Shown here: one piece after another, positions 20,110 to 29,081 of the stretch | How positions within the stretch are numbered: the stretch's first letter is position 1 | Layout: every line of letters starts with the position of its first letter | Assembly (NCBI GenBank): GCA_963761995.1 | Contig: CAVXIU010000003.1 | Span: forward strand, 8,612 to 72,611 | Source of the DNA: an uncultured delta proteobacterium | Lineage (GTDB): Bacteria > Desulfobacterota > Binatia > UTPRO1 | Length of the DNA: 64,000 nucleotides | Reading direction: 5' to 3' | Program-made: the position numbers and the translations under genes | Notes under the pieces: model-generated | Told to the model about the DNA's origin: nothing | The model's database searches: none | Seen by the model: the letters and a program-made list of their open reading frames with translations, nothing else

Positions 20110-21497
20110 CGCTTCCGCCGCGCGCGGGCCGCCGTGGTCTCGCGTGCCGCCGGCTGGATGGGAACGGCGCCCTTGGGCCGCAGGGTGATGCCCTCGGTGT
20201 CCAGCGGCACATCCTGCTGGTCGCTGTGGATCCGGAAGCGCTGCAGCAGGAACGCCACGGCGATCACCGTCTCGAGCATCGCGAAGTGCGTTCCGATGCA
20301 CGCGCGTGGGCCGCCGCCGAACGGGAAGTAGGCGTGCGAATGCCGCGCGCGCTCGCGCTCTAGGGTGAAGCGCGCGGGCTCGAACGCCTCAACGTCGTCC
20401 CAGAACTGCGGATGGCGGTGCGTCGCGAACTGGCTCACGACGACGTTTGAGCCCGCGGGGATCGAGTAGCCGCCGATCTCGTTCCCGGTCTCCGAGAGCC
20501 GGCCGAGCGCGTAGGCGGGCGGGTACAGGCGCATCGCCTCCTTGATCGCCCTCGCGGTGCGCTCGAGGGCCGGTATGTCTTCGAGCGTCGGGGCTCGGCC
20601 GTCCAGGACCGCATCCAGTTCCTCGTGGACGAGCCGGTGCTCGCCTGGATGGCGGCCGAGGAGGTAAAGCGTGAGAGTCACCGCGGTGGACGTGGTTTCA
20701 TGCCCGGCGAGCAGGAAGATCAGCGCCTCGTCTCGCACCTGTTGGACGTCCATCGCCTCGCCGGTGTCCGGATCGCGGGCCTGCAGCAGCCGCGAGAGGA
20801 GATCCTCGCCACCGGCTCCGGCGTGCTGGCGCTGGGTGATCAGCTCGTCGACCACGCCGTAGAGCGCCCGCCGGGCGCGCGCTGCCCTGCGGTTGTCCGG
20901 GGTCGGCCAGGACGCCGGCGGCGCCAGCGGCGCCGTTGCGCGCCGGAACGTGTGCCGGTTGAGCATCGGGAACGCCGAGTCGAGCACGTCGCCGGCCCTG
21001 GCCACGTCGTCGCCGAAGATCGCCCGCCCGACGACTCGGAGCGCCAGCCGGACCATCTCGGCGTTGGCGTCGACGCTGCCGCCGTTCCGCGCGGCACGAT
21101 CCCAGCGCTGGGCGACCGCGACGGCCTCCTCGGCCATGAGCTCAGAGTACGTCGCGATCTGCCTACGGGTGAACAGCGGCTGGACGAGCCGCCGCTGCCG
21201 CCTCCAGAGCTCGCCCTCGCTGGTCAGCAGCCCGCCGCCGAAGGCTTCCGCGATTTGCCTATAGAACCGGTTGCCCTTCGAATAGCCCGCGCGCGACCCG
21301 GTGAGCACGGCCTTGACCCCATCGGGATGAAACACGCAATAGAGATCGAAGCGCACGCCGGGCGGTCCCACCCCCAGACGCACGACGTCCCCGTACTCAC
21401 GCATCACACGCTCGTACGTGCGGACCTGGCTCCGGCGCAGGTCAAGCGCCGAGCCGAGCAACAGGTTGGCGCGCGCGTGGGGTGGCGCTGCGGGCAT
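20106..21497 (-). CDS. Cytochrome P450
   Basis: I-helix AGHETT, ExxR (EAMR), heme ligand FGGGPRACIG. Confidence 0.95.
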   Translation of the reverse strand: MPAAPPHARANLLLGSALDLRRSQVRTYERVMREYGDVVRLGVGPPGVRFDLYCVFHPDGVKAVLTGSRAGYSKGNRFYRQIAEAFGGGLLTSEGELWRRQRRLVQPLFTRRQIATYSELMAEEAVAVAQRWDRAARNGGSVDANAEMVRLALRVVGRAIFGDDVARAGDVLDSAFPMLNRHTFRRATAPLAPPASWPTPDNRRAARARRALYGVVDELITQRQHAGAGGEDLLSRLLQARDPDTGEAMDVQQVRDEALIFLLAGHETTSTAVTLTLYLLGRHPGEHRLVHEELDAVLDGRAPTLEDIPALERTARAIKEAMRLYPPAYALGRLSETGNEIGGYSIPAGSNVVVSQFATHRHPQFWDDVEAFEPARFTLERERARHSHAYFPFGGGPRACIGTHFAMLETVIAVAFLLQRFRIHSDQQDVPLDTEGITLRPKGAVPIQPAARETTAARARRKR

Positions 21498-22867
21498 CAG
21501 ACCTTGGGGTCGATGTTGTGGTTGAGCCGGAAGGTGTTGTCGGGGTCGTAGCGCCGCTTGAGCTCGACGAGCCGCTCGACGTTGGGGCCATAGGCGTGAC
21601 GGACGCGGTCGTAGTCGTCGGCCGACAGGTAGTTCGTGTAGGAGCGGTCGGCCATGTAGGGCGACAGCGCGTCGAAGGTCTCGCGCGCCCATGCGACGCC
21701 GGTGTCCGTCTGGCTCGGGTCGGTCCATTGCGAGATCAGAAAGAGGTTGTAACCCGGCTGCCTGTGCGGGTAGGCCGTAGCCGTCGGGGAGACGCGCGTG
21801 ACCGCACCGTGGAAATGCTCGACGACAAGTGCGCACAGCCCGCTGGGCGCATGCTCGAACGCCCTGGTCATGACCTCGACGGCCGGATCCGAGAGCTCCG
21901 AGAAGAACGCCGACTTCCAATAGGCGAGCACGCCCGCCGGCGACAGCCAGTCGACCCCGGTGTTGACGACCGGGTACGGCATGCGCTGGATCATGTCCGC
22001 GGCCGGCGAGCCGAACCGGCGCAGTGGGCGCAGGTCGGTCTCGGCCTGGTCGGCGTCGTCGCCCGCATGGCAGACCGCGATTCCGCAGAGCTTCGCCCCC
22101 GATCCGTCGGGCGCATGCAGGAAGACGGCCTGGGTGGAGAACTCGTCCGGGAGGTTGGTGGCGAACTCGCGGTAGAACGCGAAGAGCTGCGGCGCGACCG
22201 CGAGAGGATGCAGCACCGGACCGCCGAGAACCGTGGCCAGCGGGTGCGTGCGGTACTCGAACGAGCTCACCACACCGAAGTTGCCGCCGCCGCCACGGAG
22301 CGCCCAATACAGATCGCGATCGCCGTCCTCACTCGCGGTGACGACCTCGCCCGACGCGAGCACGACCTCGGCCGACAGCAGATTGTCGACGGCCATCCCG
22401 TGCTTGCCCATCAGCCAGGCAATACCTCCGCCGAGCGTGAGACCCGCGATCCCGGTAGTCGAGACGACGCCGCTGGGGGTCGCGAGCCCAAAGGCAGCGG
22501 TGGCACGGTCGAGCTCACCGACTGTGACGCCCGCCTGCGCGCGCGCCGCTCGTCGCGCCGGATCGACGTGGACGCCCTTCATCAGCGAGAGGTCGATCAT
22601 CAGCCCGCCGTCGGTGACCGCCGTGCCGGCGACGTTGTGACCGCCGCCACGAACCGAGATCTCCAGTCCTTCGCGCCTGCCGAAATTGACGGCGTCGGCT
22701 ACATCCGCCGTGTGCAGACAGCGCGCAATCACCGCGGGATGCCTGTCGATCAGTCCGTTGTGGACGAGACGGACCTCGTCGTAACCGCGCTCGCCCGGAG
22801 CAAGAACCGGTCCCGACAACACCTCCCCGAGCAGTTGGACGGAACCTTCGCTCGTCGCGCCAGACAT
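21497..22867 (-). CDS. FAD-linked oxidase (BBE-like)
   Basis: VRGGGHN, LRGGGGNFGVV, YTNY, RYDPDN. Confidence 0.93.
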   Translation of the reverse strand: MSGATSEGSVQLLGEVLSGPVLAPGERGYDEVRLVHNGLIDRHPAVIARCLHTADVADAVNFGRREGLEISVRGGGHNVAGTAVTDGGLMIDLSLMKGVHVDPARRAARAQAGVTVGELDRATAAFGLATPSGVVSTTGIAGLTLGGGIAWLMGKHGMAVDNLLSAEVVLASGEVVTASEDGDRDLYWALRGGGGNFGVVSSFEYRTHPLATVLGGPVLHPLAVAPQLFAFYREFATNLPDEFSTQAVFLHAPDGSGAKLCGIAVCHAGDDADQAETDLRPLRRFGSPAADMIQRMPYPVVNTGVDWLSPAGVLAYWKSAFFSELSDPAVEVMTRAFEHAPSGLCALVVEHFHGAVTRVSPTATAYPHRQPGYNLFLISQWTDPSQTDTGVAWARETFDALSPYMADRSYTNYLSADDYDRVRHAYGPNVERLVELKRRYDPDNTFRLNHNIDPKV

Positions 22868-22890
22868 CCCATGCTCCTTCGGCAGGCAAT

Positions 22891-22925
22891 GGTACTGTAC
22901 CGACTGGTACAGTACCGATCGGTAC
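22891..22925. promoter_or_regulatory. TetR operator (overlapping palindromes)
   Basis: GGTACTGTACC-GACT-GGTACAGTACC overlapping GTACCGATCGGTAC, between divergent genes. Confidence 0.75.
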
Positions 22926-22939
22926 GCTACCAGAACATC

Positions 22940-23521
22940 ATGGGACGTGCAAGAACCTTCGACGCCGACGAAGCCTTGGACAGGGCGATGACCGTGTTCT
23001 GGACCAAGGGCTTTGAAGGAGCGTCGCTCTCGGACCTCACCGAAGCGATGGGAATCAACCGTCCCAGCCTCTACGCCGCTTACGGCAACAAGCAGGAGCT
23101 ATTCCGCAAGGCGCTCGAGCGCTACGGCGAGGGGCCGTCGTCGTACGAGCGCGAGGCCCTCGCCCAGCCAACCGCGCGCGAAGTCGCCGAGGGCCTGTTG
23201 CGCGGCGCCGCCGATGTGCAGACCGATCCACACACTCCGGCCGGGTGTCTTGCCGTCCTGGGCACAACGTACTGCGCCGAAGCCTCCTCGCCGGTCGGCA
23301 AGATCCTGATCGCGTCCCGCCTCGCCGGCCATGCCGCGATTCGCGAGCGCTTTGAGCGAGCCCGCGCCGAGGGCGACCTCCCGGCGGACGCCGATCCCAA
23401 GGAGCTGACCCACTACATCGGGACCGTCGTCTGCGGCATGGCCGTCCTAGCCGCCTCCGGAGCAACACGGGAAGAGCTCGAACGCGTCATCCAGCGCACC
23501 ATGCGCGCCTGGCCACAGTGA
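22940..23521 (+). CDS. TetR family regulator
   Basis: MGRARTFD...FWTKGFEGAS...GINRPSLYAAYGNK. Confidence 0.93.
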   Translation: MGRARTFDADEALDRAMTVFWTKGFEGASLSDLTEAMGINRPSLYAAYGNKQELFRKALERYGEGPSSYEREALAQPTAREVAEGLLRGAADVQTDPHTPAGCLAVLGTTYCAEASSPVGKILIASRLAGHAAIRERFERARAEGDLPADADPKELTHYIGTVVCGMAVLAASGATREELERVIQRTMRAWPQ

Positions 23522-24003
23522 GGACGCTGCCGCCTGCGTCCTGTCTCCCTGACCGACCAACGGCCGCGGGCTCATCCGTGCCGCTCCCTCATGGAAGGAA
23601 GCGTCTCGGCCGAGGCGGCGCTTGCTCTCGCCGCGGTCGAGCAGCGGAAGCGCAGCTCGAGACCCCTGCTCGTCCACGAAACCGCAAGTCTTCGGTGGGA
23701 GCGCTCGATCCACGGCCGACTGCTCCGTCGGACGATCAGGGCGGAGCGGTGCCCCCGGGCAATACCTGCGGAGCCGCACTACTTTTGGAGGGCGGCATAG
23801 CTCAGCCCGCGACTACCCGCTCTGGGGATCAGAGTGCTCCTGCTTCGGGAGGAAAGAGCGGTGGCGGTGCCAGTGTCCTTCTCGTCCGGAGGGGCGTGTG
23901 TCAGAGGTCCCCGACGACTTCCACTATCTCGTGAGGAGCGTGATCGAGGTGCTCTTGCCCTGGATGCGGCGGTGGCTCTCGGCGTGGTCACGTTCTGTGA
24001 GTT

Positions 24004-24837
24004 CTAGGCTTGACCGCGGGACGGACTTGTCAGGACGGTCAGCGGGTGGTTCCGAAGCAGCGCGCTGACGGCCTTCGCCAGTTCTTGTGCGTGGTCTACG
24101 TATCCGAAGTGGCCGCCGGGAACGGACGTGACGTCGATGTCAAGGCGCGTGGCGAGCCGGCCGGCGGTCTGGCCGAACTCAGCGTGGCTGTCCTTACCCA
24201 CGAGGAGGTGCACCGGCGCGGCGACGTCGGCCACCGCCTGGTCGTCCGGTAGGTAGGTGTCGAACCTTCCGATCTCCTTACTGAAGTACGTGCCGGCGCT
24301 TGCGAGCATCCGCTCGCGGACGCTCGCGTCCAGCCGCTCCCAGGTTGCGTCGCCGGCGGCGAAGCGGAGGAAGGTCTCAAACGCCGCCATCGGACCGCCG
24401 GCTTCCATCGCGGGGGTGATCACCTCGGTCACCTTGATCCGGGCCGCCGCGGGGTCATCGACGAGCGCGAACAACGCCGGCTCGTGCAGCACCGCTGCGT
24501 GCACCGCTTGCGGATGCCGAAGCAGCGTGGCGAGGGCGAAGATCCCACCGCTGCTGGTGCCGAAGACCGCCGCCGGGGCGAGGCCGAGAGCGTCGAGCAG
24601 TGCAGCCGCGTCATCGGCCTGCTCCTCGGGCGAGGTCGTATCCCAATCTGGCGGCGCCGCGCTGCGTCCGTTGCCGCGCCGGTCATACGTGACCACCGTG
24701 AACTCCGCGGCGAGAAGGTCGGCGAACTCTTCAAAGACGCCGCTCTCCCCGGTGGCCCCCATGATCAGCAGGAGCGGCGGGCCCGAACCCCTGACCTCGC
24801 AATACAGCACGGTGCCATTGACATCGATTGCGGGCAT
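24004..24837 (-). CDS. Alpha/beta hydrolase
   Basis: YDRRGNGRS, GTSSGG, GGHFGY. Confidence 0.88.
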   Translation of the reverse strand: MPAIDVNGTVLYCEVRGSGPPLLLIMGATGESGVFEEFADLLAAEFTVVTYDRRGNGRSAAPPDWDTTSPEEQADDAAALLDALGLAPAAVFGTSSGGIFALATLLRHPQAVHAAVLHEPALFALVDDPAAARIKVTEVITPAMEAGGPMAAFETFLRFAAGDATWERLDASVRERMLASAGTYFSKEIGRFDTYLPDDQAVADVAAPVHLLVGKDSHAEFGQTAGRLATRLDIDVTSVPGGHFGYVDHAQELAKAVSALLRNHPLTVLTSPSRGQA

Positions 24838-24891
24838 GACGCCCCTGTCCGGCATAGGATGATCTTCTAGTCACTGGAACGATATTCTCAT

Positions 24892-25518
24892 TTGGTGGTC
24901 CGTGTCAACGACAGGCGGGCGATCGCCGCCGAAGGTACCCAGCGCGTGATCGTCGAGGCGGCGAGCCACCTCTTTATCGAGCGCGGCTACCACGCCGCGA
25001 CGCTCAGCGGCATCGCCAGCGAGGCGGGCGTCGCGATCCAGACGATCTACAACTCGATCGGCTCCAAACGCGACGTCCTCTCCAAGGTGCTCGACTACGC
25101 GGCCGCAGGCGAGCACGCGCCCACACTGGCACCCATCTTCGTGCTCGCGCAGACCGAGCAGGAACCCGACTCCCGAAAGGTCCTCGACCAGCTCGTCGAC
25201 TTCTGGCGGCAGTCGCGGGCACGGACGGCTCCCTTCTACAAGGTCCTTCGCCAAGCCGCTGCGCTTGATCAGGAAGCGGCGGATCTCGAGCTTGCGCGGG
25301 CGGAGGAGCGGCTGCGCAGCTACCGGACCGGCGCCGCTCTGCTCGCCCGACGCGGCGCTCTCCGTGAGGGCCTATCCATCGACGACGCCGCTGCGATCTT
25401 CCACGCAACCGGACATCCCGACATCTACCGGTTCCTAGTCATCGAGCAGAAGTGGACCGCCGACCGCTGGGCGAGCTGGGTCCGGTCATCCCTCGAAGCC
25501 GGACTGCTCGCTCCCTGA
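24892..25518 (+). CDS. TetR family regulator
   Basis: HTH LFIERGY...IASEAGVAIQTIY. Confidence 0.88.
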   Translation: MVVRVNDRRAIAAEGTQRVIVEAASHLFIERGYHAATLSGIASEAGVAIQTIYNSIGSKRDVLSKVLDYAAAGEHAPTLAPIFVLAQTEQEPDSRKVLDQLVDFWRQSRARTAPFYKVLRQAAALDQEAADLELARAEERLRSYRTGAALLARRGALREGLSIDDAAAIFHATGHPDIYRFLVIEQKWTADRWASWVRSSLEAGLLAP

Positions 25519-25754
25519 GACCCCCAAGGAGCATGAGGGACGCCGCCACGTCCGACAGCGTCGGCCTGGCCCTACGTCCCGCGACCGCGCGCTGCCGCTT
25601 CGGGCGTTATCCGGGCGTCTCGTTCGTGAAGCCCGACACCCCCGCCCCGGACGACTTGCGATCGTATCCATCTGCGGACGACGGGCTTCCGCATCGGTGG
25701 GATTGCGAGACCGCCGACGTCCTCTACTGGGAGCGTTATCGACGTCGCGATTCA

Positions 25755-25889
25755 GCTGGGCCTGAAGCGCCCGCCATTCCCACAATCGCCGGGAATAGTC
25801 TGCAAATTCCGAACTTCTCGGCGCTGCTCCTGTTTTGCTGAAACTACGCGGTGTCCAGGGATTTCGCGCCTACGCGCCGCTTCGAGGTA
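25755..25889 (+). repeat. Conserved island right arm (second copy at about 32918-33052)
   Basis: TGGGCCTGA...GCAAATTCCGAAC...CCTGTTTTGCTGAAAC...CAGGGATTTCGCGCCT...GAGGTA shared. Confidence 0.9.
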
Positions 25890-25935
25890 ACGACTGAAAA
25901 TCGTGGTGTCCCCGGTTCGAGTCCGGGTCTCGCCA
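25890..25935 (+). repeat. att core: tRNA-Phe 3' part, copy 2
   Basis: Identical to 1888-1933; tRNA 5' half absent. Confidence 0.97.
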
Positions 25936-26383
25936 TCGCCCGCAAAGCCTGATAGCTGCTGAATCTCATTATTTCCGGGGTGTTGGACGAGATCCGCCAA
26001 TTGGGCCTGGGATGCTCCTGATTTGGGCCTGGCCGGCTGAAACGGCGGTAATCCCCGGTAACTGCTGGACATGCCCGGGTGGGCCGTGTGTCGGCCCTGG
26101 GCCGTCCCGATCCCCCATCGTGGTCTCCCGAGTTCGAGTCACACATGCCACGACGCGGCGATCTAGCGTCGCTGACCGGAGTCGTCGAACAGGACGTCCT
26201 CGCCGAGCTCGCTGCCGCACTGCATCGACGAGCAGACGTCGAGCCCGGTTCGGCCGACGCTGCTGTTCCTCGTCCCATGCGAGTGTCTGCGAGGCGGCAT
26301 GGGAACCCCCCGCGAACGACCGAGAGCGGGAGTCGTGAGAGATCCCCTTGCGCGGCGCGGATAACGGCTGCGAGGATCGGCGG

Positions 26384-27400
26384 GTGACCAGGAGCGAGCT
26401 CGAGCCGGTCGCGCTGGAGCCGGTCGACGCGCTGACCGTCACGGTCCTAGTCGACAACGTCACGGACATCCTGCTCGTCGACGAGGGCCCGGCGCGGCGC
26501 CCGGCCATCGGCGCCGGGCCGCGCGTCCGGGCGCCGATACTCGATGTCGGCGAGGCGTTCGACGCGCTGCGCGCCGAGCACGGGTTCGCGGCCCTCGTGA
26601 CCATCACCCGCGGCACCCGCGAGCATCGGATCCTGTTCGACACCGGGATCACGCCCGACGGCGTGGTGGAGAACATGCGGCGCCTGGAGCTCGCCCCGCG
26701 GGACATCGAGGCGATCGTCCTCAGTCACGGCCATTTCGACCACGTCGGCGGCATGGAGGGGCTCGCCCGCGAGCTGGGCCCGGCCAACCTTCCGGTCGTC
26801 ATCCATCCGGAGGCGTGGAGCCGCCGGCGGCTCGCGCTTCCCGGCCGCGAGCCGGTACGGATCGCGGCGCCGAGCCGCAGTGCGCTGGAAGGCGCGGGCT
26901 TCGAGATCGTCGAGCGGCGCGAGCCGTCGCTGCTGCTCGACGGGTCTCTGCTGGTGACCGGCGAGGTGGATCGCACAACGGACTTCGAACAGGGCTTGGC
27001 GCCGAGTCATCAGGCGGAGCGCCGCAGCCAGTGGCGTCCGGACCCACTCGTCCTCGACGACCAGGCGCTGGTCGCGAACGTGCGCGGCAAGGGCCTCGTC
27101 GTGCTGACCGGGTGCGGCCATGCCGGCGTCATCAACACGGTCCGTTACATACGGAAGCTGACAGGCGGCGGCCGCCTGCACGCCGTGATCGGGGGCTTCC
27201 ATCTGAGCGGACCGCGCTTTGAGCCGCTCATCGGCCCGACGTGCGACGCCTTCGCTCAGCTCGCGCCCGACTTCCTCGTGCCGGCGCACTGCACGGGCTG
27301 GAAGGCCGCCCACGCGCTCGCCGCGCACTTTCCGGATGCGTTCCTGCAGAGCAGCGTAGGCACCCGGTTCGCGTTCACAGGCGCGCAAGACGCGGCGTAG
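26384..27400 (+). CDS. MBL-fold metallo-hydrolase (7,8-dihydropterin-6-yl-methyl-aminobenzene phosphate synthase-like family)
   Basis: AEHG, SHGHFDHVGG, TGCGHAG, GGFHL, PAHCTG. Confidence 0.88.
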   Translation: MTRSELEPVALEPVDALTVTVLVDNVTDILLVDEGPARRPAIGAGPRVRAPILDVGEAFDALRAEHGFAALVTITRGTREHRILFDTGITPDGVVENMRRLELAPRDIEAIVLSHGHFDHVGGMEGLARELGPANLPVVIHPEAWSRRRLALPGREPVRIAAPSRSALEGAGFEIVERREPSLLLDGSLLVTGEVDRTTDFEQGLAPSHQAERRSQWRPDPLVLDDQALVANVRGKGLVVLTGCGHAGVINTVRYIRKLTGGGRLHAVIGGFHLSGPRFEPLIGPTCDAFAQLAPDFLVPAHCTGWKAAHALAAHFPDAFLQSSVGTRFAFTGAQDAA

Positions 27401-27653
27401 CCGTCCGCATCTTCCGCATCGACGATCGATCGGACAAGCTCGAGCGGGCGCGTCGTAACGGGATCGCCTTGCGGGCGCGTTGCGGCGCCTGCTTTACCCA
27501 CCGGAGCGGGAGCGCGGTGGACTTGCTCACCGCCCGGGATCATGCAACGAGCAGGCACGTTCACCGAGTGCTGCGCGCGAACGCGGCTCCGATGCCAGCG
27601 GTGCCGCCGGTGATTGGCGCCATTCCAATGGCGCCGACCCATCGGGCGGCGCG

Positions 27654-28124
27654 CTACTCGACCGGGCCTTCCCACGACCAGTGCGGCAGGGTGAGGTTGT
27701 CGGGCACCAACTCGGGCCGCTCGTAGGTGTGGTTGACGACCTGGTTTGACCAGGCGAACCAGTCGACCAGGGTCGAGCGCAGCCGTTCGTCGCCGGGGAT
27801 GCCAGCGTCGTCGAGGGCGAGCGCGAAGCATCGCTCAGTCGCTGCGTCGAGCGCGGGATGCGGCCCGTTGCCGGAATGGATCCGAACCATGTGAGCGACC
27901 GACGCGAGCTCCCTGGAGTATGCATCGGGCCCGCCCAGCATCTCGCCCCAGTAGGCGGCCAGTCGTTCGGTGTGGTGCGGATGCAGGCCCGGATGGCTGA
28001 ACGGATGCTGGGCCTCGGGGTCGGCGAGGCAGCGCCGGTGCCACGCGTGGGCGAGAGCGAGCATCGCGGCGGCACCACCGACGGCCTCGTAGACACTGAC
28101 CTGCTCACCGTCCGGCGAGGTCAC
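27654..28124 (-). CDS. Group II truncated hemoglobin
   Basis: SVYEAVGG...YWGEMLGGP.AYS...H; start uncertain. Confidence 0.8.
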   Translation of the reverse strand: MTSPDGEQVSVYEAVGGAAAMLALAHAWHRRCLADPEAQHPFSHPGLHPHHTERLAAYWGEMLGGPDAYSRELASVAHMVRIHSGNGPHPALDAATERCFALALDDAGIPGDERLRSTLVDWFAWSNQVVNHTYERPELVPDNLTLPHWSWEGPVE

Positions 28125-28672
28125 GGCAAGCACACTATTGCCGATCGCCCGCTCGCTCCAGATGCACGCGGATCGTCCGCCGCGACTGATCGGCGCCCTG
28201 ACCTGACGGAGCACGCCCCAACGATCGCCAGCACCGGCGGCCGCTCCCGCCGTACGACCCCCGAACATCAACACAGCCGCCGCCGCTCGGCGGCGGGTCG
28301 CCGCCAGCGTTCTCGGCGAACGCGCGTGACAAGCCACAACGGCCAATGGGCCTTCTTGAAGTCCGAGCACGTGTTGAGCGACACGCACCCTCCCCCCGCA
28401 GAGCGAACGTGAGCTCGGCGCCGCTGCCGACGCCTGCCCTTCGTCCGGAGCGAGCGTCTCAGGCGTGATGAGTGCGGCGCTTGCATCCGGCGTAAGCGGT
28501 CACGAACCGCGCTAACCGGCGATGGAGGGGGTGCTCCCGGAGTCTGTCTCGCGACGCGGCCGTCCGGCGCGGCCTCGGCTAGTGCGGGTGCGGTGTGGGC
28601 GCTCGCCGGCGCGGCCGCCGAAGGAGGGTCGTGGCGGCCGCGCGGGCGGCGAGCGGGTCGCACCTAGCTCAC

Positions 28673-28963
28673 CTAGCGGGCGACGCCGACGTGGTTGTGG
28701 CGACGGCTGTAGCTGGTGCCGCCGACGCCGATGAGCAGCACGAGTGCGCCGGCCGCGCCGGCGCCGATGGCGGCCGAGTCCCAGTCGAATCCCTCGTCGA
28801 CGGTCTGGACGACGGGCGCGCGGTCGGGCTCGATGACGACTGGCTCGCCGCCGTTCTGGATCGGCGGGTCGGACACGGGCCGCGCGCTCGCGGCGGGGGC
28901 GGTGAGCGCCCCGGCGATGAGGGCGACGGCGGCGAGGCGGGTGATGCGGTTCGAGTCCTTCAT
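28673..28963 (-). CDS. Small secreted/membrane-anchored protein
   Basis: Signal peptide, GFDWDSAAIGAG followed by a TM helix and basic tail; RBS GGAAGG. Confidence 0.75.
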   Translation of the reverse strand: MKDSNRITRLAAVALIAGALTAPAASARPVSDPPIQNGGEPVVIEPDRAPVVQTVDEGFDWDSAAIGAGAAGALVLLIGVGGTSYSRRHNHVGVAR

Positions 28964-29081
28964 GACGGCGTCCTTCCGAGGCGGTCGGGGGGTGGTCGCT
29001 GGTAACGCTGCCGACAGGCGGTAGACAGCCGGTCGGGTCCGGGTGTACTGATCAATCGACTGGCGTTAGGGTCGCGTCACG

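Larger units (their letters stand above)
1888..25935. mobile_element. Genomic island 1 integrated at tRNA-Phe
   Basis: 46-bp direct repeat of the tRNA 3' part at 1888-1933 and 25890-25935; conserved arms at both ends. Confidence 0.85.
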
